Shown here piece by piece: positions 32,363 to 36,198 of a DNA stretch of 36,198 bases (position 1 is its first letter; every line of letters starts with the position of its first letter). The notes beneath the pieces are model-generated. The model was given only the letters and a program-made list of their open reading frames with translations. It was not told the origin of the DNA and searched no databases. The DNA lies in assembly GCF_001194135.2 (NCBI RefSeq), contig NC_068981.1, forward strand, positions 90,184,689 through 90,220,886, in the 5' to 3' direction. The DNA comes from Octopus bimaculoides. Its lineage: Eukaryota. A program made the translations under genes and the position numbers.

Positions 32363-33295
32363 GGCATAACTACAGATTCCTGCCCCCCCCCCATGACTTT
32401 GGATGATCATAACTTTCAGAAAAATGGATATTTTTTAATGAAATTTTCTACGAATGTGTGTTATATCATGTANNNNNNNNNNNNNNNNNNNNNNNNNNNN
32501 NNNNNNNNNNNNNNNNNNNNNNNNNNNNNNNNNNNNNNNNNNNNNNNNNNNNNNNNNNNNNNNNNNNNNNNNNNNNNNNNNNNNNNNNNNNNNNNNNNNN
32601 NNNNNNNNNNNNNNNNNNNNNNNNNNNNNNNNNNNNNNNNNNNNNNNNNNNNNNNNNNNNNNNNNNNNNNNNNNNNNNNNNNNNNNNNNNNNNNNNNNNN
32701 NNNNNNNNNNNNNNNNNNNNNNNNNNNNNNNNNNNNNNNNNNNNNNNNNNNNNNNNNNNNNNNNNNNNNNNNNNNNNNNNNNNNNNNNNNNNNNNNNNNN
32801 NNNNNNNNNNNNNNNNNNNNNNNNNNNNNNNNNNNNNNNNNNNNNNNNNNNNNNNNNNNNNNNNNNNNNNNNNNNNNNNNNNNNNNNNNNNNNNNNNNNN
32901 NNNNNNNNNNNNGAAATCTACGGACGCACAAAACAGAGAAAAAGAAACAAACATGGACGACTTGATCCGAAACAACCCCGAGTGGGGAACGGTCCTCAAA
33001 AGTAACCTCCAAAATTCCTACGTTCTTGGAATCTACATAGTTCGAGGTATATTTGTAGAAAATTTCATTAAAGAATATCTATTTTCTTGAAAGTTAAGAC
33101 GAATTGAAGTGGACGCCGGTGAATTTTCTGAAATTCCCCACCCACCCCTCCTAAAACATATTCATCCAAAAGTTTTGTATATTCGGAATGTACATGATAT
33201 AACACACATTCGTAGAAAATTTCATTAAAAAATATCCATTTTTCTGAAAGTTATGATCATCCAAAGTTGGTGGGGCAGGAATCTGTAGTTATGCC
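32363..33295. mobile_element. Non-autonomous long-TIR DNA transposon with GG termini and 8-bp TSD (Merlin-like)
   Basis: TIRs of at least 105 bp (32363-32472, 33191-33295) are near-identical and begin GGCATAACTACAGATTCCTGCCCC. Perfect TSD TATCTGTA (32355-32362, 33296-33303). Ns span 32473-32912. Confidence 0.8.
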
Positions 33296-35783
33296 TATCT
33301 GTATTATAGTGCAAATAGTGGAATACATTTCATGCCGCGAGAAAGAAGTTTCACGTTTGGACGCTTGCTATTCGGATAGAGAAAATTTAAAGGTTCAAGG
33401 TATCAAAATTATGCGCGGCCTAAAGGATAAATAAGGATCTTTCAATCTGCCTTTAATATCTTTTCTTCTTCAGGACATAAAGTCCTGTTTGAACTATTTG
33501 TAGTAATATATTAGCTTAATTACGTATTTATGAAGTTCCCAAGTAGGGATAGGTAATACAAACGTAAATAACATTACGAACAGAAACCGGCTAGACTCGA
33601 ATCTTCTAACAGATGCATTGTTATAACACTACTTTTGAATAAACGTTAAAATTAAATACGAATGCAACTTTAGAAATAAAATAATAATTTGAGATATAAT
33701 TTGTAAGAGTACGATGCAATAGACATTAATTGTATCACAATACATTTCCACACATCACGAAATGAACTCTGAAAAAACGAAATACAGAATTAGATATAAA
33801 ATTAGGTAGACTGGTGGTTGTCTACCCAGTAATCAAACACAACTCGACAACGCGTCTTGAATAATTATATAGTTTCTAACAATATAGATAAGAGGTATGA
33901 CGCATCAGAATTTACAAGTTAGAAATGGTTTAAGGAATACCTTTATTCCATGCCGGCAATTCGGTTTGTGGAAGTAAGTTAGCATGGAGTGCGGGTTATA
34001 TACAATTAAATATTAGCAATACAATTGTGTAAATACTAATAACAATTACCAGATTGAAATCGATTAAAGATAACGTAACTACTGAGATAAGAGGGAAAGA
34101 GAGAGAGAGAGAGAAAGAGGCATTTTATATTCACTTCGGAATATTAAAATTCTGTATAGATGTAGTATAAATATTAACTGTCTGACGCGGTTAATTAAAT
34201 TTACAGAAAATTACCACATATTTAACTGCACTAGTGTTTGTGTATATGTATGTATATAATTGGAAGAGAACGTTTGTTTTGTATTTAAAACGAAAAAAAA
34301 TTCCACTTAGCCGCTACGCAATATGCATTCTTATGAAATAAAGAAAAACAATTATTGGCTTTCAACATTAATGAAACATTCATTCGTATTTTTTTTTAAT
34401 ACGCTCACACACACACAAGCGGAAAACCTTGCGATTATTTAATAAAGAAATCTAATACAAATATCGGTGCCCCAGCATGGCTACAGCTCATGAGTTGAAA
34501 CTAGATAAAATGAAAAAAAAATAATAAAATGATATATATATAGAGAGAGATAGAGGGGAAATCACTAAGTAATTGGGTACATGCTGTGAATCATGAAAGT
34601 AAAATATCTAAGTTATTTAAGTATTATTTATTTCCCTCTCGTTAGCCTTTTATTCGGTGGGTGGGACGGACTAATAATGGTACTTTCGCGATACCGAAGA
34701 CTGGCTCTTTGAATCTTAGCAACAGCAACAATTAAATTCAGTCAGAATTTTCAGTTAACTGCAAATAGGTTTTGTTGGATTTTATTTTTCCTTCGGGAAT
34801 ATGAAGATATTACAAGCGAGAAGCGTCACTCGAATTAAACCCTAATATCGATGTAATGTTCTGCTTGGCAAAAAAGTGTAGGAGAAAAAAAAAAAAGGAC
34901 ACGAAAAGTATTACATAATATATGTCACAGTTTCTTTCTTGTTACATTGCTTGAAATAAATATGTCGAAGTGGGTAAATTTTAGCATCATAGCTTGTCAA
35001 TACTTGCTTCTTTTTGCGATATGAAAGTCCATTGCAGCTGGACATCTGCCAAGTATTGAATTATTACGGCATTTCTTCGTTTCCAAATCCAAAAGCATCA
35101 CTCATAATATAATTTCCTCTCCGTGACACCTGTTTTTCTTTCGAACTGAGTCCCGATTCCGTTAGGATCGGACTAATGGAGTTCAAGTGACACGAGATTA
35201 AAAAGAGACCCTTGAAGCAAATTATATCAGCAGTTTAACTAATTTAATGATGATTATCAATGATATCAAAGAGATTTTATTTATATTCAGTCTTAAACAA
35301 GTAATAATTCATAATATAACAGAAATGCCAGCATTATCATTCTTGAAAATAGCAAAAGAAAAAACGAGAAAATAAATCATTGAAAGACACCTTCAACCAT
35401 TTAACATTTTATACTTTTCAGAAGTAACTAAAAAAAAAAAAGGACTTACAATAATTAATAATGGTATTCTAATTATTATTAGACAATCTCTAAATGAAAT
35501 ATATTCCCGTAACAATAATATAAAATTTTCTTCGTTTAATCAATACAATAGATATTGTATACGCAGAAAAAGTATCAAAACAGAAAAAAAAATCGATATG
35601 ATGAAAGAAGAATGAGAGAAAATATAAAAAGGTCCCTTTTAATTATATTTTCTGTAAGTTGCTAAAAATAACGGTTTAATGTAAAGAAATAAACTTGAAA
35701 ATATGCAATGCAATTCCATGTATTTCATTTTACTTTTGTCATGGTTTTCCTGAGAAAGGCATGAATGCCAGCCAAACAACCGT

Positions 35784-36198
35784 ATATACACACACACACA
35801 TATATATATATATACACACATATATACACATACATACATATATATCTACACATATATATACACACACACACACATATATACACACACACACATATATACA
35901 CACACACACACATATATACACACACATATATACACACACATATACACATCTATATACATATACACATATATATACACATATATATACACATCTATATACA
36001 TATACACATATATATACACATATATATACACATATATATACACATACACATATATATACACATACACATATATATACACATACACATATATATACACATA
36101 CACATATATATACACATATATATACACATACACATATATATACACATATATATACACATACACATATATATACACATATATATACACATACACATATA
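35784..36198. repeat. Compound (CA)/(TA) microsatellite
   Basis: Continuous ACAC/ATAT mosaic running to the window end. Confidence 0.95.

Noticed and set aside
32393-33090. Long ORFs (177-210 aa) in the track, and similar ones at 22167-22925, 8372-8786 and 20780-21019
   Set aside because: These are artefacts of N-gaps read as X. Only the RTE C-terminal part at 22351-22554 is real coding-derived sequence.
35149-35174. Small hairpin AGTCCCGATTCC-GTTA-GGATCGGACT
   Set aside because: It has 10 bp with two bulges and no family context, which is compatible with chance.
35639-36195. YV/CI-repeat ORFs
   Set aside because: Translations of a CA/TA microsatellite.
1-36198. CRISPR arrays, rRNA genes, prokaryotic operons
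   Set aside because: There are no regularly spaced repeat-spacer units or rRNA-like sequence; the window is spliced eukaryotic DNA.

Overview
AT-rich, repeat-dense eukaryotic genomic DNA with four N-gaps. The repeat repertoire (tRNA/CORE SINEs, RTE LINE tails, CA/TA microsatellites) suggests an octopod cephalopod; this is inference. The only supportable host gene is the 5' end of an animal type I fatty acid synthase (FASN) on the minus strand. Three coding exons (5094-5304, 3946-4098, 2520-2693) encode 179 aa of the N-terminal ketosynthase domain, all with GT-AG phase-1 introns, and the gene continues beyond position 1. The ATG exon starts at a splice acceptor, so a non-coding exon 1 lies upstream. 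A sharp CpG rise near 31 kb, promoter-type motifs and a strong donor at 31894 suggest it is about 26.6 kb away. That long intron is a transposon graveyard: RTE and L1/Tx1 relics, a full-length dead mariner, piggyBac and hAT MITEs, and several SINE families. A solo LTR sits in a downstream intron. The most notable structures are: (i) a 454-bp palindrome of two back-to-back tRNA-headed units, each carrying a hammerhead-ribozyme-like fold; (ii) a second, unrelated minimal hammerhead-like motif at 8.3 kb; (iii) a candidate SINE-derived 5'UTR cassette exon whose uORF would overlap the FASN start codon; and (iv) a young GG-ended, long-TIR, 8-bp-TSD (Merlin-like) element just upstream of the candidate promoter. 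All calls were made by eye; no searches were run.
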